Shown: positions 1-11,904 of the stretch, piece by piece | Layout: each line of letters starts with the position of its first letter | How positions within the stretch are numbered: position 1 is the stretch's first letter | Origin: Octopus sinensis | Lineage: Eukaryota | DNA: 64,000 nucleotides | Assembly (NCBI RefSeq): GCF_006345805.1 | Contig: NC_042997.1 | Location: 45,508,001 to 45,572,000 of the forward strand | Direction of reading: 5' to 3' | Position numbers and translations under genes: made by a program | Notes under the pieces: model-generated | Database searches by the model: none | What the model was told of the DNA's origin: nothing | What the model saw: only the letters and a program-made list of their open reading frames with translations

Positions 1-253
1 TAGGATCGCGGTTTCGATTCCCAGACCGGGCGTTGTGAGAGTTTATTGAGCGAAAAGACCTAAAGCTCCACGAGGCTCCGGCAGGGGGTGGTGGCGATCC
101 CTGCTGTACTCTTTCGCCACAACTTTCTCTCACTCTTTCTTCTGTTGGCCTGCTCGCTTAGCCAGCAGGGTGGCGTCATTTGAAGGCTAAAACAATGCGA
201 AGCGCATTGTGACCAGCGATGTGTAACAACATCAGATGGCCTGGTCGGTGACG

Positions 254-257
<4 letters not shown>
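1..257 (+). mobile_element. tRNA-derived SINE, family F, tail type 1 (5' end cut by window edge)
   Basis: B-box-like GTTTCGATTCCC, about 140-nt head shared with 4069-4438 and 48421-48736, then a different tail ending in (TA)n. Confidence 0.85.
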
Positions 258-288
<31 letters not shown>

Positions 289-375
289 TTATAGATGCAT
301 GTACATTCATGCATGCACACACGTCTACACATGTCTACACATATATACACACACACACATGAATCCATACATGAA

Positions 376-681
376 GGTGCATGGCTCAGAGGTTAGAGTG
401 TCAGGCTCATAATCATGAGGTAGTGAGTTCGAATCCCAGACCAGGCTGTGTGTTGTATTCTTGAGCAAAACACTTTATGTCATGTTGCTCCAGTTCACTC
501 AGCTGTAGAAATGAGCTGCAATGTCACTTGGCTAACGTTGGTGGCATGGAGAGGTGGGGCTGGGTCGCATGGGTGACTACTGGTCTTCCATAAACAACCT
601 TACATGGATTGTGCTTTGGAGGGTAACTTTTTAGGTGCAATCTCATGGTCAATCCTGACCAAAAGGGGGTCTTTACCCTTT
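376..681 (+). mobile_element. tRNA-Met-like SINE with CORE-like middle (family D)
   Basis: Head GCTCAGAGGTTAGAGTGTCAGGCTCATAATCATGAGGTAGTGAGTTCGAATCCC resembles elongator tRNA-Met (anticodon loop CTCATAA); followed by TTCTTGAGCAAAACACTT. Related heads at 26690-26893 and 42218-42455. Confidence 0.8.
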
Positions 682-1375
682 ATACACACACACGAACATA
701 TATATATATACACACATATATACACTAGCTGAATAGTCTGTTGTTGCCAGGCAATTTTTACAATAGAATGTCTTATATAAATTTTTATTTATTCCATATC
801 AGAGTATGCATTCCCTGACAGAAGCCTCTTGATCAGGACAGATTTGTGCAATTTTTCACCAAAAAAATTTGAGGATTTTTTTCCTTTTTAAATTATTAAT
901 ATGTCTGTTCAACCATTTCACATGACTTCATTCAATAAAACTTCAGAAATTCTTACAACTTGGTCATCATAATACTTTGCTTTTGTTTGTTTAATAAAAG
1001 TTCCTCCTCCTAATGATTTTGCTTTCATTTTGTGATAGACAGCTATCATACAGAAAATGCCAGCTTCCAAATTTTGTTTTCTGATTAGGTAAAATTGATT
1101 AAACTTTAAAACCACAGTAATATTTTTCTGCAACTTTTTGGAACAAATAAATGCAAAATCGGATATAATATGGAAAATTATTTCAGTATACCAAATTTGG
1201 AAATTTTGACAATTTTAAAATTTCATAATATATGACAGTAACAGGGAAAACCCCATAAGAGTAGAGAGACAAACAGTTATAGGACATCACACACACACAC
1301 ACACACACATTTACAAATGTACACACGAGTTTAAAATGGTGTATAGGAGACATATGTATGTATGTATGTATGATG

Positions 1376-1415
<40 letters not shown>

Positions 1416-1417
<2 letters not shown>

Positions 1418-1687
1418 CCTTGACTTGCTTCCGTGCCGGTGGCACATAAAATGCACCAATCCGACCGTGGCCGTTGCCAGCCTCGCCTGGCACCTGTGCA
1501 GGTGGCACATAAAAAGCACCCACTACACTCACGGAGTGGTTAGCATTAGGAAGGGCATCTAGCTGTAGAAACACTGACAGATCATACTGGAGCCTGGTGC
1601 AGCCTTCTGGCTTCCCAGATCCCCAGTCGAACCGTCCAACCCATGCTAGCATGGAGAACGAACGTTAAACAATGATGATGATGATGA
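1416..1687 (+). mobile_element. SINE-like retroposon with RTE-type (GAT)n tail (family C), two GGTGGCAC(G/A)TAAAA units
   Basis: AGGAAGGGCATC motif, 3' end GCATGGAGAACGAACGTTAAACAATGATGAT; homologous to 7015-7437. Confidence 0.85.
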
Positions 1688-1710
1688 TATATATGTATGT
1701 ATGATGTATG

Positions 1711-1759
<49 letters not shown>

Positions 1760-2041
1760 GATGTGTACAGATGAGTGTTTCTTTGTGATGGACAGCAGAC
1801 AAGCCACCTACCCCCTCTCTCCTTAAAGTTACGTATTCCTCATCCCTACTTTCTGTGTATGTGTGTGTTGTATCAGTGTATTTACAAAAGTATGTATGCA
1901 AAGTTGCATGAATATTGGTTTGTAGGTTTAGGCACTAAGAGGATAACAGACGAACAGACAGAAATTGCAATATATACACACACACACACACACATATATA
2001 CACATACATATAAATATATACATATACACACATACATATAT

Positions 2042-2210
2042 CTAACAGCTACTTTTCAGAAGCTAACCATTTTAACTGACCCTCTGTATATAACTTCTTC
2101 ATCTCTCGTGTAATTTTCGTTAAGATAATTAATTGTGTCTTGGCTTGTTTAATTTCTCATTTCTTTGGTTTAATTTCTCATCCCCCATGAACACTCTGAA
2201 TGTATATTAC

Positions 2211-2243
<33 letters not shown>

Positions 2244-3238
2244 CATTATTATTATTATTATTATATTATTATTATTATTACTACTACTACTACTTTCGTT
2301 CCTTGTACTATCTTCCCAAATTAAACTTGCTTCTGGTTGCAGCTTATCTATTTAGAAATTCTTATCCCATGTGCTCCCTTCCATTCCATTCTGTTCAGCT
2401 CTGTTCCATGCAGTTCCTTCCACATATTCTTGCCCAGTCGCCAAATGTTGATGATACATCGCTAAGTTAAGATTCACTCGTTTTGTTTTCAATCTTTCAT
2501 ATATTCATTCGCCATAAACACTGTAAATGTATTGTTTACTAACAGCTACTTTTCAGAAGCTAACCATTTTAACTGATCCCTCAATATATAACTTCTTCAT
2601 CTCTCATGTAATTTCGTTAAGATAATTAATTGCCTCTTGGCTTGTTAAATTTCCCATTCGCCATGAACACTCTGAATGTATATTATTATTATTATTGAGT
2701 AAGAGAGCAATGCATGCCATCAAAGTGACACTGGGGTAAAATATACAAAGCCCAGTATACCCATCATGACTACCCGTCTGATAAGGGTACACCAGGAACA
2801 TGCATCACAACCATATGTGCACGACATGGTAATCCCATAACAAGATAAACAGCGCATGACCTTGCAGGTGGGGCCCAGTTAGAATTTTTCTTCTGGTCGA
2901 GTAGCCCATCCCACTCAATGAGGGTTGTTTAAGGATGTTGAACGAAACACCCATGTTTCCAGGGTGAATTATTCAAACCCTAAAGAATCCCTCTCAACAC
3001 ATGGCTATGATGCTCCTCCACTACTTCTGCTCGTGATCAGAGATGCACATATCGTCAGCTACTAAGGGACATGCTCAACTGGTTACGGTCAAACAACTCA
3101 CAAGCAAATCTGTGGTACTGAGCAGAATATTTGCTGTAGCCCATCTTTTATACCAAGACAAAACAATGTACATGATAATACTTCCAATCAGTTAAGATCA
3201 GAAGCCATTAGAGCCACTGCCTGATACTGGATCAGGGC

Positions 3239-3271
<33 letters not shown>

Positions 3272-3344
3272 CATTATTATTATTATTATTACTACTACTA
3301 CTACTACTACTTTCGTTCCTTGTACCATCTTCCCAAATTAAACT
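2042..3344. repeat. Local duplication: copy 1 at 2042-2327, copy 2 at 2539-3344 interrupted by an insertion in its (ATT)n tract
   Basis: Both copies start CTAACAGCTACTTTTCAGAAGCTAACC and end (ACT)nTTCGTTCCTTGTAC(T/C)ATCTTCCCAAATTAAACT. Confidence 0.9.
2697..3240 (-). mobile_element. About 540-bp non-coding element inserted in an (AAT)n microsatellite (family H)
   Basis: Absent from the paralogous copy at 2042-2327; flanked by (ATT)n on both sides; short related fragment at 6383-6432. Confidence 0.8.
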
Positions 3345-3442
3345 GTTTGTGGTGCACCTGCCCTCTCCTGCCCCTAACACCAATACTGGATATCTCTATC
3401 TCTATCTTCCTACCATCTACACCAGTTATCTCTCTCTCTCCT

Positions 3443-3770
3443 CCCACCACCATTACCTGAGTCTCTTCTCTCAATCCTCACTGGACTGTTCTCTATATAT
3501 TACCTGCACTCTTTCTCTCTCTCTCTCTCTCTCTCCTAGAACAAATGCAACTAGCTCAGCTGCCCACCTACTTAACCAGCTATCTTTTGTTTCATTTTGT
3601 CTAGAAATTTGTCACCACCATTACCAGATGTCTCCTCTCTCAATCCCCTCTACTCACTAGTGCTGCTCTCTATATTACCTGCACACTCTCTCTCCTGGGA
3701 CAAATGCAACTAGGTTAACTGCCCACCTACTTAACCAACTTGTTTCATCTCGTTCCGTCTAGAAATATGC
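3443..3770. repeat. Two tandem copies of an about 170-bp unit
   Basis: Repeated CACCACCATTACC, TATATTACCTGCAC, ACAAATGCAACTAG, CTGCCCACCTACTTAACCA, GTCTAGAAAT. Confidence 0.85.
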
Positions 3771-3789
3771 CAACAAGTACCCAATAATT

Positions 3790-4068
3790 TTCCATGTACA
3801 TATCAAGTGAAGAAGAAAGTTAATGGCTGTACATGATTCAAGGAAGTGTTGAAAGATTTTCCCAGAGCACATTGAGGAATGTATGCACCAAGTTCTGGGG
3901 TCATCTTGAGGCTGCAGTGGAAGCTGAGGGTGACTATTTTGTGTAAAGTTATCTCCTAGCCATGTTCTAGTTTGTATTTTTTGAATTAAAAAAAAATACT
4001 TTTAGATTTCAATGGGATATTTGTTTTCCTTTTATGCCAATTGTCAAATTTATCCTGAACATCCTGTA
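3790..4068 (+). mobile_element. Tc1/mariner transposon 3' fragment with right TIR and TA
   Basis: Frameshifted STLRNVCTKFWGHLEAAVEAEGDYFV* resembles mariner-type C-termini; ends TTGTCAAATTTATCCTGAACATCCTG|TA. Confidence 0.8.
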
Positions 4069-4438
4069 TGGATGGAAGTACTCCGTCGGTTACGACGACG
4101 AGGGTTCCGGTTGATCCGAATCAACGGAACAGCCTGCTCGTGAAATTAACGTGTAAGTGGCTGAGCACTCCACAGACACGTGTACCCTTAACGTAGTTCT
4201 CGGGGATATTCAGCGTGACACAGAGAGTGACAAGGCCGGCTCTTTGAAATACAGGTACAACAGAAACAGGAAGTAAGAGTGAGAGAAAGTTGTGGTGAAA
4301 GAGCACAGCAGGGATCACCACCATCCCCTGCCGGAGCCTCGTGGTGCTTTAGGTGTTTTCGCTCAATAAACACTCACAACGCCCGGTCTGGGAATCGAAA
4401 CCGCGAGTCCGCTGCCCTAACCACTGGGCCATTGCGCC
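4069..4438 (-). mobile_element. tRNA-derived SINE, family F, tail type 2
   Basis: A box TGGCCCAGTGG, B box GTTTCGATTCC; tail ...ACCCTCGTCGTCGTAACCGACGGAGT matches 48421-48736. Confidence 0.9.
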
Positions 4439-4822
4439 TGTATATACACACATACACCAAGAGGATGGATGGGCTCTGGCACAGCTCATCTACCAAATTT
4501 CATACATAAAGAGTTGCATTCAAACTTAGAACTCCAGTTTCACAGTGAACTCTTTCAACCATAGAGCTATATATATATATATCTTTCTTTCACTCTCTCT
4601 GTATCCTTGTGTGTGTGTATACGTCTGCATGTGTGTACATATGCATGTGTATGTCAATGCCCATGTATAGACACATTCATTTTTAAGCTGATTTTCTTTT
4701 CTGGCATAATAGTGGTTTCTTATTTAACTATAATACTTTCTCTTCTTATTCCACAAGGACAACTTCATTTAACTATTTCTCTCAAGCTTTTCTTTAAATG
4801 TGTGCATATGGATACTTGTGTG

Positions 4823-4853
<31 letters not shown>

Positions 4854-5892
4854 AGGAAGCCATTTCACTCAAATCATTAATTTAGCTTTCTATACAGAGA
4901 TCATATGCTTTCAATTCCCCATAAGCTGATAATCACCAACAACTAAGAAACTAAGTGGTCAAATTCCCCAAACAAGTCACAACGAGTATGACTTCATTTA
5001 TAAATGTTTCTTCTTGAAGCTATAAAATGCAGTGTTTTATATTTTATGAGGAATGGTGGTACCAAGTGTGAGCACACAAATTGGAGATGTATTTTATGCC
5101 ACCCTAGCTCTATCTTTATGGTATCTGTTTCCTAATAAAAGACATGGATTTGGGACTAAACAACAGCTATAAATGTTGAGCTAGGAAACCCAACAAATCA
5201 TTGGTTTCGGGATAAGCAATAAATATCTAAAAGTCCCAGAAAAAGTAACGTAAAATAAAAGGACTTTAATAGTAGTGAAATAATTAAAATGTGTGACAAG
5301 TAACCGTTGAGATCTTTACAAAAATCGAAGATACCCCTTTCCAATATGCTTTTCATAAGTTTCTCTCTACATGTTAACTAGCCCAAGCTGGGAAGGAAAC
5401 GTAATGGTTTGTACAAATTACTTTAAATTTTAACAACAAAATTCGCCTGCTGTCACCACTATTATAACAATGCCTTAAATATCTAAAGTGAAGGAGAGGG
5501 CATAGTTGATGAAATTCTATATCAGTACATGAATTATACTTAACATTATAATAACCCTGGAGGGATGGAAGGCAAACTTAAACCCTGTGGGATAATGGAA
5601 GCATGAAACTGGATACATCATAATATTTAGCATTGCACTTTACCATTTTTGCTTTGGTGTTATTAACAATACAGATTTGTAATATTAGAACAACCAGAAA
5701 TTTTTGATGAGAATTGTAGTTGAGTTAAATGGCCACCGTAGTAGCTGACTAGTATTTATCTTAACAAAACCACAAAAATTAAATGTAATGTCAACCATGG
5801 GAAGATCTGTGCATAGAATTACACTATATACCTCTAGGCACTTATTCCATTATTTTACTATTTGATAACCACCTGATAATAACAATAATAAT

Positions 5893-6087
5893 AATCCTTT
5901 CTACGATAGGCACAAGGCGTGAAATTTGGTGGGAGGGGGGCAGCTGATTAGACTGACCCTAGTATGCAACTGGTACTTAATTTATTGACCCCAAAAGGAT
6001 GAACGGCAAGACAGAATTTGAACTCAGAAATACCGCTAAGCATTTCACCCAGCATGCTAATGATTCTGCCAGTTCGCCACCTTGATG

Positions 6088-6133
<46 letters not shown>

Positions 6134-6353
6134 TAATAATAATAATCCTTTCTGCTATAGGTACAAGGCCTAGAATTTTTGGTTAGTCAATTACATTGAA
6201 CCCCAATACTCAACTCCTACTTTATTTTATCAACCTCAAAAGGATGAAAGGCAAAGTTGATCTTGGTGGAATTTGAACTAAGATTATAAAGATGGAAGAA
6301 ATGCCACGAAAGCATTTTCCCCTGCATGCTGATGATTCTGCCAGCTCACCACC
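5893..6353 (-). mobile_element. Two tandem family A SINEs (5893-6083, 6143-6353), Deu/Nin-domain-like, tail type A1
   Basis: Family A carries GACTTTGCCTTTCATCCTTTCGGGGTCGATAAATTAAGTACCAG in sense (decayed in these copies); (AAT)n tails. Confidence 0.85.
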
Positions 6354-6457
6354 ATGATGATGATGATGATGATGATGATGATAAGAGACCGTTTGAGCAG
6401 GATGGGCTACTGGACCTGAAGAAAATCTTAACTAAAAATATTTAAATCTTTTAAATA

Positions 6458-6852
6458 GGCGCAGGAGTGGCTGTGTGGTAAGTAGCTTGCTAACCAACCA
6501 CATGGTTCCGGGTTCAGTCCCACTGCGTAGCACCTTGGGCAAGTGTCTTCTGCTACAGCCCCGGGCCGACCAATGCCTTGTGAGTGGATTTGGTAGACGG
6601 AAACTGAAAGAAGCCTGTCATATATATGTATATGTGTGTGTTTGTGTGTATGTGTTTGTCCCCCTAACATTGCTTGACAACCGATGCTGGTGTGTTTACG
6701 TCCCCGTTACTTAGCAGTTCGGCAAAAGAGACCGATAGAATAAGTACTGGGCTTACAAAAGAATAAGTCCAGGGGTCGATTTGCTTGATTAAAGGCGGTG
6801 CTCCAGCATGGCTGCAGTCAAATGACTGAAACAAGTAAAAGAGTAAAAGAGT
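6458..6852 (+). mobile_element. tRNA/CORE-type SINE family B with internal (TA/TG)n
   Basis: GGCGCAGGAGTGGCTGTGTGG head, CCTTGGGCAAGTGTCTT CORE-like motif, (AAAAGAGT)n tail, imperfect AATCTTT(T/C)AAA TSD. Confidence 0.9.
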
Positions 6853-7014
6853 AATCTTTCAAAATTGCAAATCTTAGATCAAACTTGTGATGAAGTGTTA
6901 ATTCTCAGTATTTGTTCTTTCTTTGCAGTATTTCATTATTACTCATAAACAACGCCCACAGCAGAATGTCCAGTTTGTGGTTTCTTTAGGTCTCTTGGTG
7001 AGACTTGGAACAGT

Positions 7015-7437
7015 TCATCATCATCATCGTTTAGCGTCCGCTTTCCATGCGGTGCAACTGGGGTCTGGGAAGCCAGAAGGCTGCACCAGGCCCAGTCTGA
7101 TCTGGCAATGTTTCTACGGCTGGATGCCCTTCCTAACGCCAACCACTCCATGAGTGTAGTGGGTGCTTTTTACGTGTCACCGGTACAGGTACCAGATGAG
7201 TGTGGCAAACGGCCACGATCGGATGGTGTTTTTTATGTGCCACTGGCACAGGGGCCAGGCGAGGCTGACAACAGCCACGAACGGATGGTGCTTTTTACGT
7301 GCCACCAGCATGAGGCCAGTCGGGGCGGTGCTGGCAATGGCCACGATCGGATGGTGCTTTTTACGTGCCACCGGCACAGAGGCCAGGCGCAGCTGGCAAT
7401 GGCCACGATCGGATGGTGCTTTTTACGTGCCACCAGC
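7015..7437 (-). mobile_element. Family C element with five tandem 61-66-bp units
   Basis: GGTG(C/T)TTTT(T)A(C/T)GTG(C/T)CAC at about 7163, 7224, 7287, 7353, 7414; (GAT)n tail in sense. Confidence 0.9.
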
Positions 7438-7748
7438 AGCAACAACAATGAAAGCAACACCAGTGTTGTTGTAGTTTCTACTTTAAGTACAAGAGTAGCA
7501 ATTTTGAGGGGAGAGGGTTAGTCAATTACACCAACCCTCAGTACATAACTGGTACTTAATTTTATCAACTCCAGAGGGATAAGATACAAAGCTGGCCTTG
7601 GCAGGATTTGAATTCAGAACATGTTGTGATGTGACTAAACAAAACAAGACATATTGCTTAGTACTTTACCAATATTGAAACTACATTACCATCAATAAAA
7701 TAATATTTAGATAAATCACAGGTGTGATAGTTAACAAAATTGTTGCAA

Positions 7749-7997
7749 TGTTCACCAAGAAACTTCACAAGAAAGATAATATATTACTGAAGAGAAAAGA
7801 ATAGAAAGGAATAATAATGTAACGTCAATTGGAAAAACATGTTTGTAATTTTGAAAGATAAAAGCTGGATATAATATCATTTAGAATGTAGACTTCAGAA
7901 CTTGTTTAAATGTTTACCAAGAAACTTCACAAGAGCAATACATATTACATAACAAGAGAATAGAAAGAAACTAGAATGTAATGTAAGAATTGAAAAT
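7749..7997. repeat. Diverged duplication with about 160-bp period
   Basis: ACCAAGAAACTTCACAAGA...AGAATAGAAAG...AATGTAA...AATTG occurs twice. Confidence 0.75.
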
Positions 7998-8712
7998 AAA
8001 AAGCAAATAGAAAAAAAACATCTCTCAAATCAAATTCCGACATCTTAAGAAAGAAGGATACATTGAACAGTGTAGTCCTAGTGACACTGTGCTGAAAATA
8101 AATACATGATGGTCACAGCTGAAGTGCTTTTGATCAATGGTCTATATCATTACAGCTAACCTGGGGTTTACACCACCACCTGGTCATTTTGGTAGAATTC
8201 ACACGTTAGGACCACATCTCTAGTCTGGACATAACTTCCTTCTTTCCTCCCACTTAGTCATAGACACTGAGCTTCCTCCTCTAACTAAACCAATAAACAC
8301 ACACACGTTCACAAACATGTTAAAATATGCAGGGTGCACAACAGCAATAGCTGGTTATCTTAAATGGTGACAAACAAACACAAACAAAAGCCATTATTGT
8401 ACATCATATTTGGACAGCCACCACCAGTGCTATCAGACAGAAAATAGGATTTGCACTACTTAAGATGCTAGATAGCAACGAAACAAAGAATTCAGACATG
8501 TGAAATTCAAGAGATAAACATTTTGCCAAGCAGAATTAGCAAGGATAGGATCACACAAATTAAACCCACAACACCAAATACACACACACACACACATGCA
8601 TACACATACACACACACACACATACATAAACATACACACACGCACACACACTACAAGATCTTAATGGATATATTAACAAATTAGGAACCAAGTAAGATAT
8701 CAAGAGAATCAG

Positions 8713-8853
8713 CTAACATAGTGGAGTGCTATTTTCTTTTTTTTTTTTGTTTGCTTTTATTTTGAAGGTTGCCAAGCCTAAAGTAACCAAAGCAAGGAAT
8801 ATATGGACGGCCACAATAGCGATAGATGCACCAATAACAAGAAAGAGATTAAT
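8713..8853 (-). CDS. Terminal coding exon of an unidentified membrane protein: INLFLVIGASIAIVAVHIFLALVTLGLATFKIKANKKKKENSTPLC*
   Basis: Acceptor cttgtttccccaatatctttag; 141 nt open in phase 0; 28-residue hydrophobic stretch then a Lys-rich segment and TAG. Confidence 0.75.
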   Translation of the reverse strand: MNLFLVIGASIAIVAVHIFLALVTLGLATFKIKANKKKKENSTPLC

Positions 8854-9013
8854 CTAAAGATATTGGGGAAACAAGCTTTCCCGATAAGCATATTATTGAG
8901 TTTAGTAAGTTCTTTACTAGAAGCCACTCATCAACTAACATGATGGCAATCTAATTTATGTATATTTTTGTCCCAATATGGAACCAGTAGAAGAGTAATA
9001 CACACACACAATC

Positions 9014-9059
<46 letters not shown>

Positions 9060-9322
9060 CATACATGAATTATATAAATACAGTATAATCACTATGGTGT
9101 ATTTATATCATCTTCTCTTTGCAAATTCACTTTTTGTCCTTTTGTTTTTTCCATTAACCCAGCATTATAAATCAAGCCGCCAAACTTACTCCATAACCAA
9201 AAATAAAATAAATATATAAATAAAATAACCTTATTAACAAGGAAACATGAAAATATATAATAGAATACACTAAAACCAATCTTGCATTAACTATTTAAAA
9301 CATTTATTCCTTCCCTATTTAC

Positions 9323-9394
9323 CATATTGCCTGACAACTTCCATTGATATGAAAATGTTTTGTGGGTATTTTTGCAGAAGGGAGGGGCCAGTTT
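9323..9394 (-). CDS. Internal exon KLAPPFCKNTHKTFSYQWKLSGNM (phase 0-0)
   Basis: ctttaacag / ATG|gtaaat; 72 nt, open, joins in frame to 8713-8853. Confidence 0.6.
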
Positions 9395-9483
9395 CTGTTA
9401 AAGATGTCTATTTCATTCATTTACTTAAGAATAGGAGGAATAAATAGTTAATCCCCCACCCTTCTCATTTGCAAAATCATATA

Positions 9484-9554
<71 letters not shown>

Positions 9555-9624
9555 ATATTATATATATATATATATATATATGATTTTGCAAATGAGATTC
9601 ATATACATACACACACAAAACACA

Positions 9625-9699
<75 letters not shown>

Positions 9700-9853
9700 C
9701 ATGTATGTGTGTTCAATGTTTCTCTTCTCATACCGAAAAAAAGAAAAACAACAAAAATAACTAAATTAAAACCAGGACCCCCTCCCAACAAAACAAAATA
9801 TGTTAATAAAAGTTTTGATAGATAAATATTGAAATATCATGTAAAGTTTTACT

Positions 9854-9947
9854 TTTTCCAGAATTAAATATGCTTCCTGGTTTGCTTTTCCATGTGATCA
9901 ATATATGATTGTTAATGGCAACATCTGAATAGCAACTGTCATTGATG
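9854..9947 (-). CDS. Internal exon xINDSCYSDVAINNHILITWKSKPGSIFNSGK (phase 2-0)
   Basis: ttatttcag / AAA|gtaaaa; 94 nt, open, contains an NDS sequon, in frame with the next two exons. Confidence 0.55.
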
Positions 9948-10559
9948 CTGAAATAACTGGGCCATTAATAAGTATTATATGTAATGCAGCAAAATCAAAA
10001 ATTTATATCATCAAGTTTTTATTTTTAATAATGATAATTACAATGATGATGACGATGATGATGGTGTCCGTGGTGGTGTAGTGGTGGTGGCGGCATTTGT
10101 GATGATGATGATGATGACCATAATGGTGATGATGATTACTAAGTTAGATGCAAGGCCACACATTTATAGAGAAGGCCATTAGAAACATAAGTGGAGTAAA
10201 TTGGCTTAAGCTAGAAATCCAAATGGATGTCAGAAGCTTATCTTTAGTCCATTACTATAATCATGATAATATTAATAATAATAGTAATGATGATAACAAG
10301 TAGTCCTTTTAGTGCCACAAAGGCAATAGACGTAGAGACATTATAAGGAGAGGTTATTAAAAGTGTAAGGTTTACAATAATTAGCTGAATAAATAAAAGA
10401 CAGAAGGAAAAAGAAAGTAGTATACACAGTATGCAAATATGTGAGCATGCATAGAGAAGTATTGTCACGTAGGACCTTGTAGAAATTGACAGATTCAAGA
10501 TTAACCTGTCTCCAGACAACAAGTACATGCTCTGAGGAGACCTGTTTCCTTTGACTATA

Positions 10560-10785
10560 CCAGCTGGCAGAAATGTTAGCACGCCGGGCGAAATGCTCAG
10601 CAGTATTTCGTCTGCCGCTACGTTCTGGGTTCAAACACCGCCGAGGTCGACTTTGCCTTTCATCCTTTCGGGGTCGATAAATAAAGTACCAGTTGCGCAC
10701 TGGGGTCGATGTAGTTGACTTAATCCCTTTGTCTGTCTTTGTTTGTCCCCTCTATGTTTAGCCCCTTGTGGGCAATAAAGAAATA
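10560..10785 (+). mobile_element. Family A SINE, tail type A2, well preserved
   Basis: CpGs largely intact; tail TTTAGCCCCTTGTGGGCAATAAAGAAATA. Confidence 0.9.
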
Positions 10786-10849
10786 TATTCTCATTTACTC
10801 TCATCCACTTTTCAATAAATTTACTGGGGAGTAAAGGACCGCCCTCTCT

Positions 10850-11450
10850 CTACCTTCACCTTTTCAAATAGAACATGAGAAAGTTGAAGAGGGTTGTTAG
10901 GCAAAGTGGAAAGTCTCTGCCGTTATGCCTTTCAATCACATCTACCACATGACCTCTTCTGCAATAGCTACCAGACTGAGGAAAACTGTCTGCCCTTCCG
11001 AGGCACAGGAAAATAGAGCTGTGATTTTGGTGAAGGTCGTGGCTGATAGCTAGAACTGTCTTAGATATGACAACAACTATGAAACATAGTAATACCTAGA
11101 TACTAAGTAAGTGCAACCAAAATGGTTCTGCTGCTCTGCATGCAGCTCAAAGAGGCCAGATTGGTGGCACTCCTACACCTGTAGAGTTTAGCTTGAAATG
11201 ATAATTCCCTTCCTGCTCTCCACAAACATAGCCATGTCAAGACAGGCCAGATATTTCTGGAAGTTATCCATTATCTTTATGCTGAAAATCCTCCAGAACA
11301 GAATAGCTGATTGATTCTCATCAATGTCGAAGATTTCTCCACAACAACATGACACTTCCCCATGCCATATTGCCTGGACAGTTAGAGGGCTTAAAGTAAC
11401 TGACAATATTCCAGATGTAAGACATCTGTTCAAGGTCTTCACTTGACCCA
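10850..11450 (-). pseudogene. Possible heavily decayed LINE reverse-transcriptase fragment
   Basis: PQSGSYCRRGHVVDVIERHNGRDFPLCL loosely resembles the RT motif EQxGFRxxRSxxDxI...PLxL; many stops. Confidence 0.3.
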
Positions 11451-11860
11451 AGACAGCAGTTCCACCAAAGACACAATTTTTACATTTTACTTTTTCTTTT
11501 TGTTATGAACATCATCATCATCATCATCATCATTGTTTACCATCCGAATGCCAGCATGGAAAGCAGACAAATGCTGCTGCAGCTGATGATGATGATGTAC
11601 ATAATGAAAAAAAGGGATAAAATACTTGACTGAATTGAACTTGGTCCATGACTGATAGACATTTTTAGGGACTGAAAGGACGGATGAAGAACTTCTGTTT
11701 GATAAACTCAAAACACAAATAGCTAAAATACAATTTCTGTCACTTTACTAATCTTAATGATTTCTTATAGAAGCACAAGGTTGGACAATTTGTCAGTCCA
11801 GGAACGAGGTACCGTAAAAGTAACACTCAGCAACATTTGAATGCAAAACATAATGACAAT

Positions 11861-11899
<39 letters not shown>

Positions 11900-11904
11900 T
11901 ATAA

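Noticed and set aside
376-450. Possible tRNA-Met gene
   Set aside because: Acceptor stem does not pair and the sequence continues into a SINE body.
3160-3245. HDV-like ribozyme at the 5' end of family H
   Set aside because: Only two simple hairpins could be drawn; no nested double pseudoknot.
7160-7440. CRISPR-like or twister-like reading of the 60-bp array
   Set aside because: Spacers are homologous to each other, the context is a eukaryotic retroposon, and twister core nucleotides are absent.
8713-9947. Identification as MPEG1/perforin-2 or a tetraspanin
   Set aside because: Only short word similarities (INDSC, PPF, QWKL); spacing and conserved Cys patterns do not fit.
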